A stretch of 50,379 nucleotides of DNA from positions 1 through 50,379 of the forward strand of contig JBIOIY010000014.1 in assembly GCA_044450345.1 (NCBI GenBank). The letters are read 5' to 3'. The translations under genes and the position numbers were made by a program. This DNA is from Thermodesulfovibrionales bacterium (lineage in GTDB: Bacteria; Nitrospirota; Thermodesulfovibrionia; Thermodesulfovibrionales; UBA6898). Of this stretch, positions 11,228-20,200 are shown piece by piece (the first letter of the stretch is position 1; every line of letters begins with the position of its first letter). The notes under the pieces were generated by a model. It did not search any database. It saw only the letters and a program-made list of their open reading frames with translations, and was not told where the DNA came from.

Positions 11228-11446
11228 ATGGCAAAAGAAGAAAATATAGAAGTTCAGGGCACAATCCTCGAGACCTTGCCGAATGCAATGTTTAGAGTTG
11301 AGCTGGAAAACGGCCAGATAATTCTTGCATATGTCTCGGGCAAGATGCGGATGCATTTTATAAAAATCCTTCCCGGAGACAAGGTGACCATCGAATTGTC
11401 GCCTTATGATCTTTCTAAGGGAAGAATAACGTATAGATTCAAATAG
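11228..11446 (+). CDS. infA: Translation initiation factor IF-1
   Basis: [38 protein letters not shown]. Confidence 0.99.
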   Translation: MAKEENIEVQGTILETLPNAMFRVELENGQIILAYVSGKMRMHFIKILPGDKVTIELSPYDLSKGRITYRFK

Positions 11447-11466
11447 TTACACAATTAAGATATAAT
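11438..11466 (+). promoter_or_regulatory. Sigma70-type promoter for rpmJ/alpha operon
   Basis: TTCAAA-17 nt-TATAAT upstream of the rpmJ SD (AAGGAG). Confidence 0.5.
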
Positions 11467-11480
11467 TTTAAGGAGCTATC

Positions 11481-11594
11481 ATGAAGGTTCGTTCATCGGT
11501 AAAACCGATCTGTGCAAAGTGCAAGATCATAAAAAGAAAAGGTGTAGTACGCGTTATTTGTGATAACCCGAAGCATAAACAGAGACAGGGATAG
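11481..11594 (+). CDS. rpmJ: 50S ribosomal protein L36, zinc-binding type (below the ORF-track length cutoff)
   Basis: Manual translation [45 protein letters not shown]. Confidence 0.98.
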   Translation: MKVRSSVKPICAKCKIIKRKGVVRVICDNPKHKQRQG

Positions 11595-11665
11595 AACAGT
11601 GAAATATGACAGTGAACAGTGCAGCTGCGATTGATAAGCGACACTGACACTGAAAAGGAGAATAT

Positions 11666-12040
11666 ATGGCGAGAATCGCTGGAGTTGATCTACCCAAGAA
11701 TGAACGCATCGAAATAGCCCTCACCCGCATCTTCGGGGTCGGGAGGCCGCTTTCCCAAAAGATCCTCGGAGAGTCAGGGGTAAGTCCGAACATACGGGTG
11801 AAAGATCTTAAGGATGACGACGCAGTGAAGATAAGGGCCATCATAGAAAGAGACCTCAGGGTTGAGGGCGATCTCCGGCGCGACATATCGATGAATATCA
11901 AAAGGCTTATCGATATAGGCTGCTACAGAGGGACGAGACACAGGCTGTCGCTGCCGTTACGGGGGCAGCGGACAAAGACGAACGCCAGGACGAGGAAAGG
12001 TCCCAGAAAAGCGGTCGTCGGCAAGAAGAAGGAGGCGTAG
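11666..12040 (+). CDS. rpsM: 30S ribosomal protein S13
   Basis: [24 protein letters not shown]. Confidence 0.99.
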   Translation: MARIAGVDLPKNERIEIALTRIFGVGRPLSQKILGESGVSPNIRVKDLKDDDAVKIRAIIERDLRVEGDLRRDISMNIKRLIDIGCYRGTRHRLSLPLRGQRTKTNARTRKGPRKAVVGKKKEA

Positions 12041-12043
12041 GGA

Positions 12044-12430
12044 ATGGCCCAGAGAAAAAAGGGAGTTAAGAAAGACAAACGTCATATTGCGAGCGGTGCG
12101 GCCTATATTCAGGCGACCTTTAACAATACGATTGTGACCATAACAGATCCGGCCGGCGGAGTGGTCACGTGGTCGAGTGCAGGGAATCTCGGATTCAAGG
12201 GTTCGCGCAAGGGAACGCCCTATGCGGCCCAGATCGCAGCCGAGTCGGCCGCCAAGAAGGCGATCGATGTCGGAATGAAACAGGTCGATGTGTATGTCAA
12301 GGGACCGGGCGCTGGAAGGGAATCCGCGATCAGGGCCCTTCAGGCGGCAGGCCTCGATATCAATCTTATCAAGGATGTGACGCCGGTGCCGCATAACGGC
12401 TGCAGACCGCCTAAGAGGAGGAGGGTGTAA
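12044..12430 (+). CDS. rpsK: 30S ribosomal protein S11
   Basis: [30 protein letters not shown]. Confidence 0.99.
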   Translation: MAQRKKGVKKDKRHIASGAAYIQATFNNTIVTITDPAGGVVTWSSAGNLGFKGSRKGTPYAAQIAAESAAKKAIDVGMKQVDVYVKGPGAGRESAIRALQAAGLDINLIKDVTPVPHNGCRPPKRRRV

Positions 12431-12431
12431 A

Positions 12432-13058
12432 TTGGCAAGATATACTGGACCCCAATGCAGGCTTTGCCGCAGGGAAACGGAGAAACTTTTTCTCAAAGGC
12501 GACAGGTGTTTTACTGAAAAATGCGCTGTTGAGAGGAGGCAATATCCCCCTGGACAGCACGGTCAGAGAAGGGGAAAATTGTCCGACTATGGAGTACAGC
12601 TCAGAGAAAAGCAGAAGGTGAGGAATACCTACGGTGTTCTCGAAAAACAGTTTAGAAAGTACTTCCATAAAGCCGAGACGAAAAAAGGCGTTACGGGTGA
12701 GGTGCTTCTTCAGTGCCTCGAAACGCGTATGGATAATGTCGTGTATCGCATGGGTTTCGCGCCTAACAGAAACGGCGCCAGGCAGCTCGTTACACATGGT
12801 CACTTCCAGGTGAACGGCAGAGATGTTAATATACCGTCCTTCAGTATGCAGGTGGGCGATGTTATTGAGGTGAGGACGTCGAGCCGGGATATGGATGCGA
12901 TAAAAGACAGCATTGTAAGGGTAGAACAGAGGGGGATCCCTTCCTGGGTTGAGATGGATTTTCAGAATTTTAAGGGAAAAGTTCTCCAGATACCTTCGAG
13001 AGAAGATATCCAGCTCACAGCCCAGGAGCAGTTGATTGTCGAGCTTTACTCCAAGTAG
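12432..13058 (+). CDS. rpsD: 30S ribosomal protein S4 (Cys-containing N-terminus)
   Basis: [36 protein letters not shown] start. Confidence 0.99.
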   Translation: MARYTGPQCRLCRRETEKLFLKGDRCFTEKCAVERRQYPPGQHGQRRGKLSDYGVQLREKQKVRNTYGVLEKQFRKYFHKAETKKGVTGEVLLQCLETRMDNVVYRMGFAPNRNGARQLVTHGHFQVNGRDVNIPSFSMQVGDVIEVRTSSRDMDAIKDSIVRVEQRGIPSWVEMDFQNFKGKVLQIPSREDIQLTAQEQLIVELYSK

Positions 13059-13143
13059 GATAGGGTGTTCGCGAGTTGGGGATTCACTCTTTAAGATAAA
13101 GATTAACGGCTAAAATATAAATTTGAAGCAGATGGGAGGCCTT

Positions 13144-14181
13144 ATGAATCTGAAGAAAAAAGGCTTTCAACTACCTGACAAAATCAGGTTTGATGAAGAG
13201 ACGCTGAGCAGTACTTATGGAAAGCTTATCGTGGAGCCGTTGGAGCGCGGCTTCGGTACCACTATGGGAAATTCACTCAGGAGAGTGCTGCTCTCATCGC
13301 TTGAAGGCGCCGCAATCACCGCTGTAAAAATTGCCGGTGCGCTTCATGAGTTTTCGACGATCAACGGAGTAAAAGAAGACGTCATAAACATAATCCTGAA
13401 TCTCAAGCAGCTGAGGTTCAAATTCCACGGGGAAGGCAGCAAGATCGGCACCTTTAATGTAAAAGGGCCGGGACATGTGACCGGTGCGGACCTTCATGTT
13501 GATTCGACCGTCGAAGTGCTGAATCCCGAGACGCCGCTCGCGACACTCGATAAGGGCGGTAATTTCGACGCGGAGGTCTATATCAGGAAAGGCAAGGGGT
13601 ATATCTCCTCGGAATTGAACAAGGAGGACCTGCCCGTCGGGATGATAGCTGTCGACGCGGCCTTCACCCCTCTCAGAAAGGTCAATTTCTGGGTTGAAAA
13701 AACGAGGGTCGGCAGGGAGACTGACTATGACAGGCTTATTATGGAGATATGGACGGACGGGAGCATCTCCCCTGAGAAAGCCGTATCGCAGGCAGCCTCG
13801 ATAGTCATCGAGCATATGGACCTGTTCATATTCGAGGAGGAAGACGAAGACATGCCGGCATCGGATGAAGTCGGAGTCGGTCATTCGGACAGCGTCCAGT
13901 TCTCTTCGTCAAACGATAACCTCTTCAAGAACGTGGACGAACTCGAGCTTTCAGTCAGGTCTTTTAATTGCCTTAAGAACGCAAACATCAAGACGATCAT
14001 TGAACTTGTCCAGAAGACCGAGCCGGAGATGCTCAAGACGAAGAACTTCGGGAGAAAGTCGCTGAACGAGATAAAAGAGATACTCGGCAGGATGGGGCTC
14101 CACCTCGGCATGAAAATAGACGTGGACAACCTTGCCAAGGAAGCCATGCAGAGCGGAGGTATCAAACAAAATGCGTCATAA
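13144..14181 (+). CDS. rpoA: RNA polymerase subunit alpha
   Basis: EPLERGFGTTMGNSLRRVLLSS, ELELSVRSFNCLKNA, NFGRKSLNEIK; ATG 13144 after GGAGG. Confidence 0.99.
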   Translation: MNLKKKGFQLPDKIRFDEETLSSTYGKLIVEPLERGFGTTMGNSLRRVLLSSLEGAAITAVKIAGALHEFSTINGVKEDVINIILNLKQLRFKFHGEGSKIGTFNVKGPGHVTGADLHVDSTVEVLNPETPLATLDKGGNFDAEVYIRKGKGYISSELNKEDLPVGMIAVDAAFTPLRKVNFWVEKTRVGRETDYDRLIMEIWTDGSISPEKAVSQAASIVIEHMDLFIFEEEDEDMPASDEVGVGHSDSVQFSSSNDNLFKNVDELELSVRSFNCLKNANIKTIIELVQKTEPEMLKTKNFGRKSLNEIKEILGRMGLHLGMKIDVDNLAKEAMQSGGIKQNAS

Positions 14182-14665
14182 AGTAGATGGAAGATTATTC
14201 GGCAGGCCGGCCAACCAGAGGAAGGCGCTTTTGCGCGGCCTTGTCACTGCCCTGTTCGAGCAGCAGAGGATTGAGACGACCGTGGCGAAGGCAAAAGAGG
14301 CCAAGAGGATCGCGGAGAGGATGATCACGTTCGGAATAAAGGGCGACCTCCATTCGAAGCGGCAGGTGCTTTCTTATGTTACTTGCAGGGACATTGCCTC
14401 AAAATTCTTCAGCGAGATCGCCCCTCGTTTCCAGGGCAGAAACGGCGGCTACCTGAGGATAGTACATACCAGACAACGGCTGAAAGACTCAGCGCCGATG
14501 GCGATACTTGAGTTTATCGATTATGAGAACATAAAACAGGCCAAAGGCAAGTTAAAGAAGGAAGAGAAGCCCGAAAAGGCAGCGGAGAAGAAGGCAGAAA
14601 AGAAACCAGAAACGAAGCCCGAAAAGAAGACCGTGAAGAAGACTGAAAAGAAGGCATCTGCATAA
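14171..14665 (+). CDS. rplQ: 50S ribosomal protein L17 with Lys/Glu-rich C-terminal tail
   Basis: MRHK, IETTVAKAKE, RNGGYLRI; start at ATG 14171. Confidence 0.98.
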   Translation: MRHKVDGRLFGRPANQRKALLRGLVTALFEQQRIETTVAKAKEAKRIAERMITFGIKGDLHSKRQVLSYVTCRDIASKFFSEIAPRFQGRNGGYLRIVHTRQRLKDSAPMAILEFIDYENIKQAKGKLKKEEKPEKAAEKKAEKKPETKPEKKTVKKTEKKASA

Positions 14666-14805
14666 TGAGCGATTTTCTGATATTACTTGCAGTTGTTGCA
14701 GCGTGGATAATACTGCAGACGGTAATCCTGCCAAGGATTGGCGTGCCGACCTGAGCTGTGCCGACGGTCCCGGGCAAGACCGACAAGAAATGTAAACACC
14801 AGTAG
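14665..14805 (+). CDS. Small single-pass membrane protein, candidate selenoprotein (UGA at codon 30); 29 aa if UGA is a stop
   Basis: ATG overlaps the rplQ stop (TAATG); MSDFLILLAVVAAWIILQTVILPRIGVPT-TGA(14752-14754)-AVPTVPGKTDKKCKHQ-TAG; hairpin GGTC-N8-GACC begins 11 nt after the TGA. Confidence 0.6.
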
Positions 14806-14835
14806 AGATTCATCTCTAAGACGGTGTAAATAATC

Positions 14836-14861
14836 AAAGGGCTCTGTGAGGAGCCCTTTTT
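14836..14861 (+). terminator. Intrinsic terminator of the ribosomal superoperon, possibly bidirectional
   Basis: AAAGGGCTC-TGTGAG-GAGCCCTTTTT between convergent genes. Confidence 0.85.
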
Positions 14862-14953
14862 AGTTTTTAATTCTCATTCCGAACTGCTGTTGAATCACAC
14901 GCTCTGTCCCGGGCATCGAAAACATGCCCATACTCCTTCGTAAATAATCCGGG

Positions 14954-15403
14954 CTAGCCCTTCTCCAATACATACCCTCCGGTAATATAGCTTTCGAGGT
15001 CACTGATCGTGATTTTCTGCTCGGTGATGAGCGCATTAACAACGTCGCCGATGCTGATCATTCCCAGGAGACGGCCGTGATCAAGGACCGGCAGGTGCCT
15101 CATCCTTTTGGCGGTCATCAGCGCCATGCATTCCTCGATTGTCTTGTCCGGTTCTATATAGAACACAGGCGAATTCATGAGTTCGCCGACTGACGTGGCC
15201 TTTGAGGACCTTCCCTTCAATATCACCTTTCTCGCGTAGTCTCTTTCCGAGAAGACACCGACGATCTCTTCACCGACAACCACCAGCAAGGCGCCTATGT
15301 CCTTGTCTGCCATCATTTGAAGTGCGTCGTATGCGGTAGCCTGGGGCGAGATTCTCCATACGTTGCCGCCCTTGGTCTGCAACACTTTTCTTACCGTTAT
15401 CAT
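14954..15403 (-). CDS. Stand-alone CBS-pair (Bateman module) protein
   Basis: DIGALLVV...GVFSERDYARKV...RMRHLPVLD...GMISIGDVV; SD GAGGAGG. Confidence 0.93.
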   Translation of the reverse strand: MITVRKVLQTKGGNVWRISPQATAYDALQMMADKDIGALLVVVGEEIVGVFSERDYARKVILKGRSSKATSVGELMNSPVFYIEPDKTIEECMALMTAKRMRHLPVLDHGRLLGMISIGDVVNALITEQKITISDLESYITGGYVLEKG

Positions 15404-15454
15404 CGTCCTCTCCTCCTCTCTTCGTGTAAGGGTTCGTCACTTTCGTTACTCAAG

Positions 15455-15496
15455 AAAAAAAAGGCCGAACTGCGGAGGTCTTACCGCAGTCCGGTC
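15455..15496 (-). terminator. Intrinsic terminator/attenuator about 50 nt upstream of the CBS gene
   Basis: Minus strand CCGGACTGCGG-TAAGACCT-CCGCAGTTCGG (11-bp stem) then CC and T8. Confidence 0.88.
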
Positions 15497-15652
15497 CATA
15501 GATCAAGCAGTTATCCGGCTCTTATTGTTCCCTCCCCTCCTAAGGAGGTCTCTTCTTTCCGGTCCACTGCCCTCGGGTGAGAATTGCCGCTTACCTTCAC
15601 CCTGATTTACCTCAAGAACCCCAGAGTATCCGGGGGCCACCTTATGCTATTA
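15455..15652 (-). ncRNA. ~200-nt structured RNA (riboswitch-like leader or sRNA), family not recognised
   Basis: Bounded by a near-consensus promoter and a terminator; several hairpins; no ORF-track call on this strand. Confidence 0.6.
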
Positions 15653-15657
15653 ATCTA

Positions 15658-15686
15658 ACGATACTCCCCAGCCTCACTGATGTCAA
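15658..15686 (-). promoter_or_regulatory. Sigma70-type promoter driving the structured RNA and CBS gene
   Basis: Minus strand TTGACA-17 nt-TATCGT. Confidence 0.7.
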
Positions 15687-15799
15687 TTAGGTAATTTTGG
15701 TTACCAGGAAGGCTAAAGCGGACGGTTTACGGTGATCGGATGCTCGGATAGTACGCCGGGGGCCGGGTTTTGAGTTTCGTCGCGAATTAGAGAGGAAAG

Positions 15800-16381
15800 C
15801 TAAGGCGCCTTTCTTTCGTGCCGCTCCATTGAATAGAACATCGCCCCGGCCATGAGGACGACAAAGGCTATCACGACCCAGTGATTTATCCCCAAGAGCC
15901 CGGGCAAGGTTGCGGTCCCCAACCCTGATGACATGTAAAAATTCTCAATGACAGGATAGACGACCGCAAATAGCAGAGACCCCGCGATCATACCGAAAAT
16001 AGCGATTAGGGCGTCAATTCTGCCGCTTCCGAGAGCCGCGACCGCTGTGCCCGGACAATATCCAGCCACAAGGTAGCCCAGCCCAAAGAGAAATCCGCCC
16101 GCCATTTGCGGCCAGAAATAGGTGGGGACGATCCAGATCCTGCTAATATCGAGAAGTTCCAGGTCGCCTAGAAGATAGAGACCACTGGATGCTACGAGTA
16201 TGGCCGTAAACATAACCTTCGGCACGGTAAAATCCCTAAAATAAAACACGCCCGTGAGCTTGTGCGGGTTGCCGAGCCCTCCTCTTTCCAGGAACAAACC
16301 AAAGAAGAGACCCACGACCAGTGCCACGATGAGGCTGGCGCCTTCACTAAATAATCCGTATTCATAAAGAGGAGCGTTCAT
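15800..16381 (-). CDS. YeeE/YedE family sulfur-compound transporter, second half
   Basis: GLFFGLFLERGG, GGFLFGLG..VAGYCPGT; start at ATG 16381 overlapping the upstream stop (ATGA). Confidence 0.88.
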   Translation of the reverse strand: MNAPLYEYGLFSEGASLIVALVVGLFFGLFLERGGLGNPHKLTGVFYFRDFTVPKVMFTAILVASSGLYLLGDLELLDISRIWIVPTYFWPQMAGGFLFGLGYLVAGYCPGTAVAALGSGRIDALIAIFGMIAGSLLFAVVYPVIENFYMSSGLGTATLPGLLGINHWVVIAFVVLMAGAMFYSMERHERKAP

Positions 16382-16887
16382 GACCAAAGCCTCCTGAAGA
16401 TCGCGGCAAATAGAAAGCCGCTTATAAACATTGATATCACAAATACCCATCCCCCTATTGCCAACTGTGCGCCCCCCGTAAGGGCGACTCCGCTTGTACA
16501 ACCCCGCGCCAGTCTTCCCGCAAAACCCAGCAGGATGCCGCCCCCAAAGGCTGTGAATAGCCTCGTGGTGCTGCCCATGCCGGCCCCCTTGTCGAATTTA
16601 AACTTAAAATTCCTGCTGAGAAGAGACCCTGCGAATGCTCCCACCAAAAGGCCGAGTATCTCGAACACAATCCAGTCCTTAAGGGGAGAATCACCGCTGA
16701 AGTAGCGTGAAAAATACTTAAGGCTTCCTGCGTATTCCGGATTTATTCTTTCGGTGGCTACCGCAGAGACGATCGAAAACGCGCTTGATGCGCCAAGACC
16801 TTTTCCCATAATGTAAAATGCAGCGAGGAGGGTTAACCCAAGACCAATGCCCGCTAGATAGGGCGACCAGAAATTGTTCTTTTCCAT
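16378..16887 (-). CDS. YeeE/YedE family sulfur-compound transporter, first half
   Basis: WSPYLAGIGLG, LGASS, GFAGRLARGCTSG; SD AAGGAG. Confidence 0.88.
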   Translation of the reverse strand: MEKNNFWSPYLAGIGLGLTLLAAFYIMGKGLGASSAFSIVSAVATERINPEYAGSLKYFSRYFSGDSPLKDWIVFEILGLLVGAFAGSLLSRNFKFKFDKGAGMGSTTRLFTAFGGGILLGFAGRLARGCTSGVALTGGAQLAIGGWVFVISMFISGFLFAAIFRRLWS

Positions 16888-17181
16888 ACCTCAACTCCTT
16901 AATTAAAGTTCTCCTTATATATTACTCCTAATATATCAGTTTAGCAACCATGCAACTCCTGAACCAAAATCCCTATACTGCATATTGTTTCCTATTCAAG
17001 CTTCCTCCGGTGTGGAAACTGGTTCCAAAGATTACCGTTTTCTCCCTCTGTTTTTTATTCGTGCCTTTTGATCTTTTTCTTTATCGCGGGACTATCTGCT
17101 CGATCCTTTTTTACGGAAAAGGGACAAATTTTTTTGTCAAGCGGGGGCCTCTTTTGTCCGGTTTATGACAAATGAAAACGC

Positions 17182-17211
17182 TTGTCAGCAATTTTGCGGT
17201 TAGGGTATACT
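17182..17211 (+). promoter_or_regulatory. Sigma70-type promoter for smc
   Basis: TTGTCA-18 nt-TATACT. Confidence 0.5.
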
Positions 17212-17253
17212 AAGACACTCTTAAAAACGGGCAACTCATCTCTTTATTAAATA

Positions 17254-20200
17254 ATGCGCATCGAAAAAATCGAACTTATAGGGTTCAAGTCGTTTGCCGA
17301 CAAGACCACTTTCGCCCTGCATCCGGGCATCACCGGCATCGTCGGCCCTAATGGCTGCGGCAAGTCCAATATCGTCGACGCCTTCAGATGGGTCCTGGGC
17401 GAGCAGTCCGCCAAGAGCCTGAGGGGCGATAAGATGGAAGAGGTGATCTTCAACGGCTCCTCTCTCAAGAAGCCGAAGGGCATGGCAGAGGTCTCGATGG
17501 TAGTTTCCGGCCTCAACGGCGCTGGTGCAGCCGGCAACGGGGGACAGGGTGATCAGCTGACCGTATCGAGGCGGCTCTACAGGTCCGGCGAAAGCGAATA
17601 CATGATCAACAAGGCCCCCTGCAGGCTGAAGGACATCAAGGACATATTCCTCGATACCGGTCTGGACTTCAGGAGCTATTCGATCCTCGAACAGGGCAGG
17701 ATCGGCGAGATACTCAACTCGAAGCCGATAGAGAGAAGATTCATCATCGAGGAAGTGGCGGGCGTGATGAAGTATAAGATCAGGAGGGCCGAGGCCCTCT
17801 CGAAACTCGAATCCTCCCGGACGAACCTCCTCAGGATAACAGACATTATCGCCGAAGTGAAAAAGCAGATCAATATCCTCGACAGGCTTGCGAAAAAGGC
17901 CGAACGGTACAAGAAGCTGTCGGCCGAGATGCACGCCATCGAACTGAAGATAGCCAGGAACGAATTCCAGAAGATTAGAGATGCCCTCGCCGCGATACTT
18001 CAGGAATATAACGATCTCAGGGAAAAAGAGGCGGTCATGAACGCCGAGATCTCCGAGGCCGAGACAAAGACTGAATCAAGAAGGCTCACCCTTCTCGAAA
18101 AGGAGAAGGGCCTCGAGCTTGTCCAGAATGAATTTCAGACGATGGAGCGGGAGATATCGGAGATCGAACGCGGGATCGCGGTCGCCAAAAACGACATAAG
18201 CAACCTCGGAGAATATCAGGCAAAGCTGGTCGGCCAGGAAGAAGAGGTCGAAACGAGGAGAGCCGAGATGTCCGCGAAGTGCGAAGAGCTAAGGTCGAAC
18301 GCCGAGAAACTCTCCAACGAGATCGATGGCCATACCGTTATGCTGAGGGAAAAGGCGGAGGCGTTCCGGTCCATAGAAGAAGAGCTTGCAGACAAAGAAG
18401 AGCAGATCGAGGACAAGAGGAAGGAGATCTTCAGGGTCTCTGAACAACTGAGCGGCCAGAGGAACGAGATCGGCAGGCAGCAGACTGCGTATGAGTCGCT
18501 TGAACGACGCGAGGCCGCAGCGATGAGAGAGGGCGAGGATTCCAGAAAGATACTCACCGGGATCGAAGCTTCGATCAGCGAGGCGGAGTCGGGGATACAC
18601 GGCAGCAATAACGAGGCGCTTCTCCTTAGGGAGAAGAAAGAAGTGTTGCTGCATGAACTCTCGGGAGCCAAAGGCAGGGTCGAACTCCTCCTGAAGTCCG
18701 TAGCAGAGGCGCGAGAGGAATTTGCGTCTTTTACCTCGAGGCTCGATTCGCTCAAGGAGATCGTCTTTGACACCCCCACAAGGGAGTTGCTTTCGTCGGC
18801 CGTCGAGGTGACCATCCTTGCCTCGATGTCGGACATACTGGAGGTCGACGCCCTCTATGAAAAGGCGATAGAAAGCGCCCTTGCAGAGAAATCAGACTCT
18901 CTTATCACGGGCTCGGCCGATGACATCCTCCGGGCGATATCCTCGCTCAAGGGAAAGGACGTGGGGAAGAGCGCCTTTATTACCGTCTCTCCGCCACAGA
19001 CCCTGACCTATGGCGATTTGCCGGAGGGTATTATCGGAAGGGCATTGGATTTTGTGAAGGTGAAGGAAGGATATGCAAAGGTCGCCGAAAACCTTCTCGG
19101 AGGGGTACTGATTACCAAGGACATCGAGACCGCCTTAGGCCTGAGGGCGTCGGACATGACCTACACCTTTGTGACTGACGAGGGCGAGGTCGTGGAGCCT
19201 TCCGGTGCGGTTGTCCTCGGAGGAGACAAAGGCATATTCCGGAGGAAGCGCGAGATAAGAGAACTTCAGGAGATAATAGAGGCGAAGAAGGTCCTCATCG
19301 AAAATATGAGTGTCGAGCTGCAGTCTGCCCAGGAGGGCATCCTTGAGAAGGAGGCTGCGGTAAAATATGTCGAGACCTCCCTGCACAACCTGGAAAAGGA
19401 GATCTCCCTTTCGAGGCTTACCGTCGACAACTACACTGAGGAGAAGGAACGCACGAACAGGAAGCTCTCGTACCTCACGCTTGAGACCGAGGAAATAGTG
19501 CGTGAGAAAGAAGCGTTGCATGCGGCCATCGCAGCAGGCGAAGAACAGATCAGGTCGGTCGAGGCGAAAAAGGCAGGGCTTGAGCAGGAAAGCCTGCTGA
19601 TCCAGGAAGGGATCTCATCCAGGAAGGCGGAGATCGAGGAGTACCGTTCCGAAGTCACCGACCTCAGACTCCTTATCGCATCGAACAAAGAGAGGCTCGA
19701 GGCGGTGAGGAGCGAGACCGAGTCTTCCTTCAAGACGATAGAAGACCTCAAACAGAAGAAGATTGAACTTCAGTCCGAGAAGGAGTCGGTCCGCGGGCGC
19801 ATTGCCCAGAGGGACGCGGAGATCCTCGAACAGGAAAGCAGGCTGAGGAAAATTGTTGCCGGCGCGGACACCCTCAGGATGGACATCTCGAAAAGGAAGG
19901 ATGAGATCGAGCAGGAGAACCAGGAGCTCCTCACGGTCGAGCATGGGCTCAAGGCGATGAGACAGCAGTCATCCTCGGCGGCGCAGAGGGTATCCGAACT
20001 CGACGTGGCGAGGGCAGAGCACAAGCTCCGTCTCGAGAACCTTGCAGAGAATGTGAGAAACAACTACGGCTGTGAGATAGAGGAATTCGATATCTCGGTG
20101 GTAAGCAACGAAGAGGAGGAGAGGCTTGCCGAGCTGAGGAACAAGATACAGGAGATGGGGGCCGTGAATCTCGGCACGCTCGACGAATATGAGGAACTGA

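Noticed and set aside
15455..15670. Assignment of the CBS leader to T-box, yybP-ykoY, c-di-AMP, Moco or 6S families
   Set aside because: AAGGTGG lies at the 5' end, not in an antiterminator; GGGGAGTA falls inside the promoter; other family cores were not visible by eye
16950..17168. 72-aa ORF in the yeeE/smc intergenic region
   Set aside because: T-rich low-complexity promoter DNA with no SD or motif
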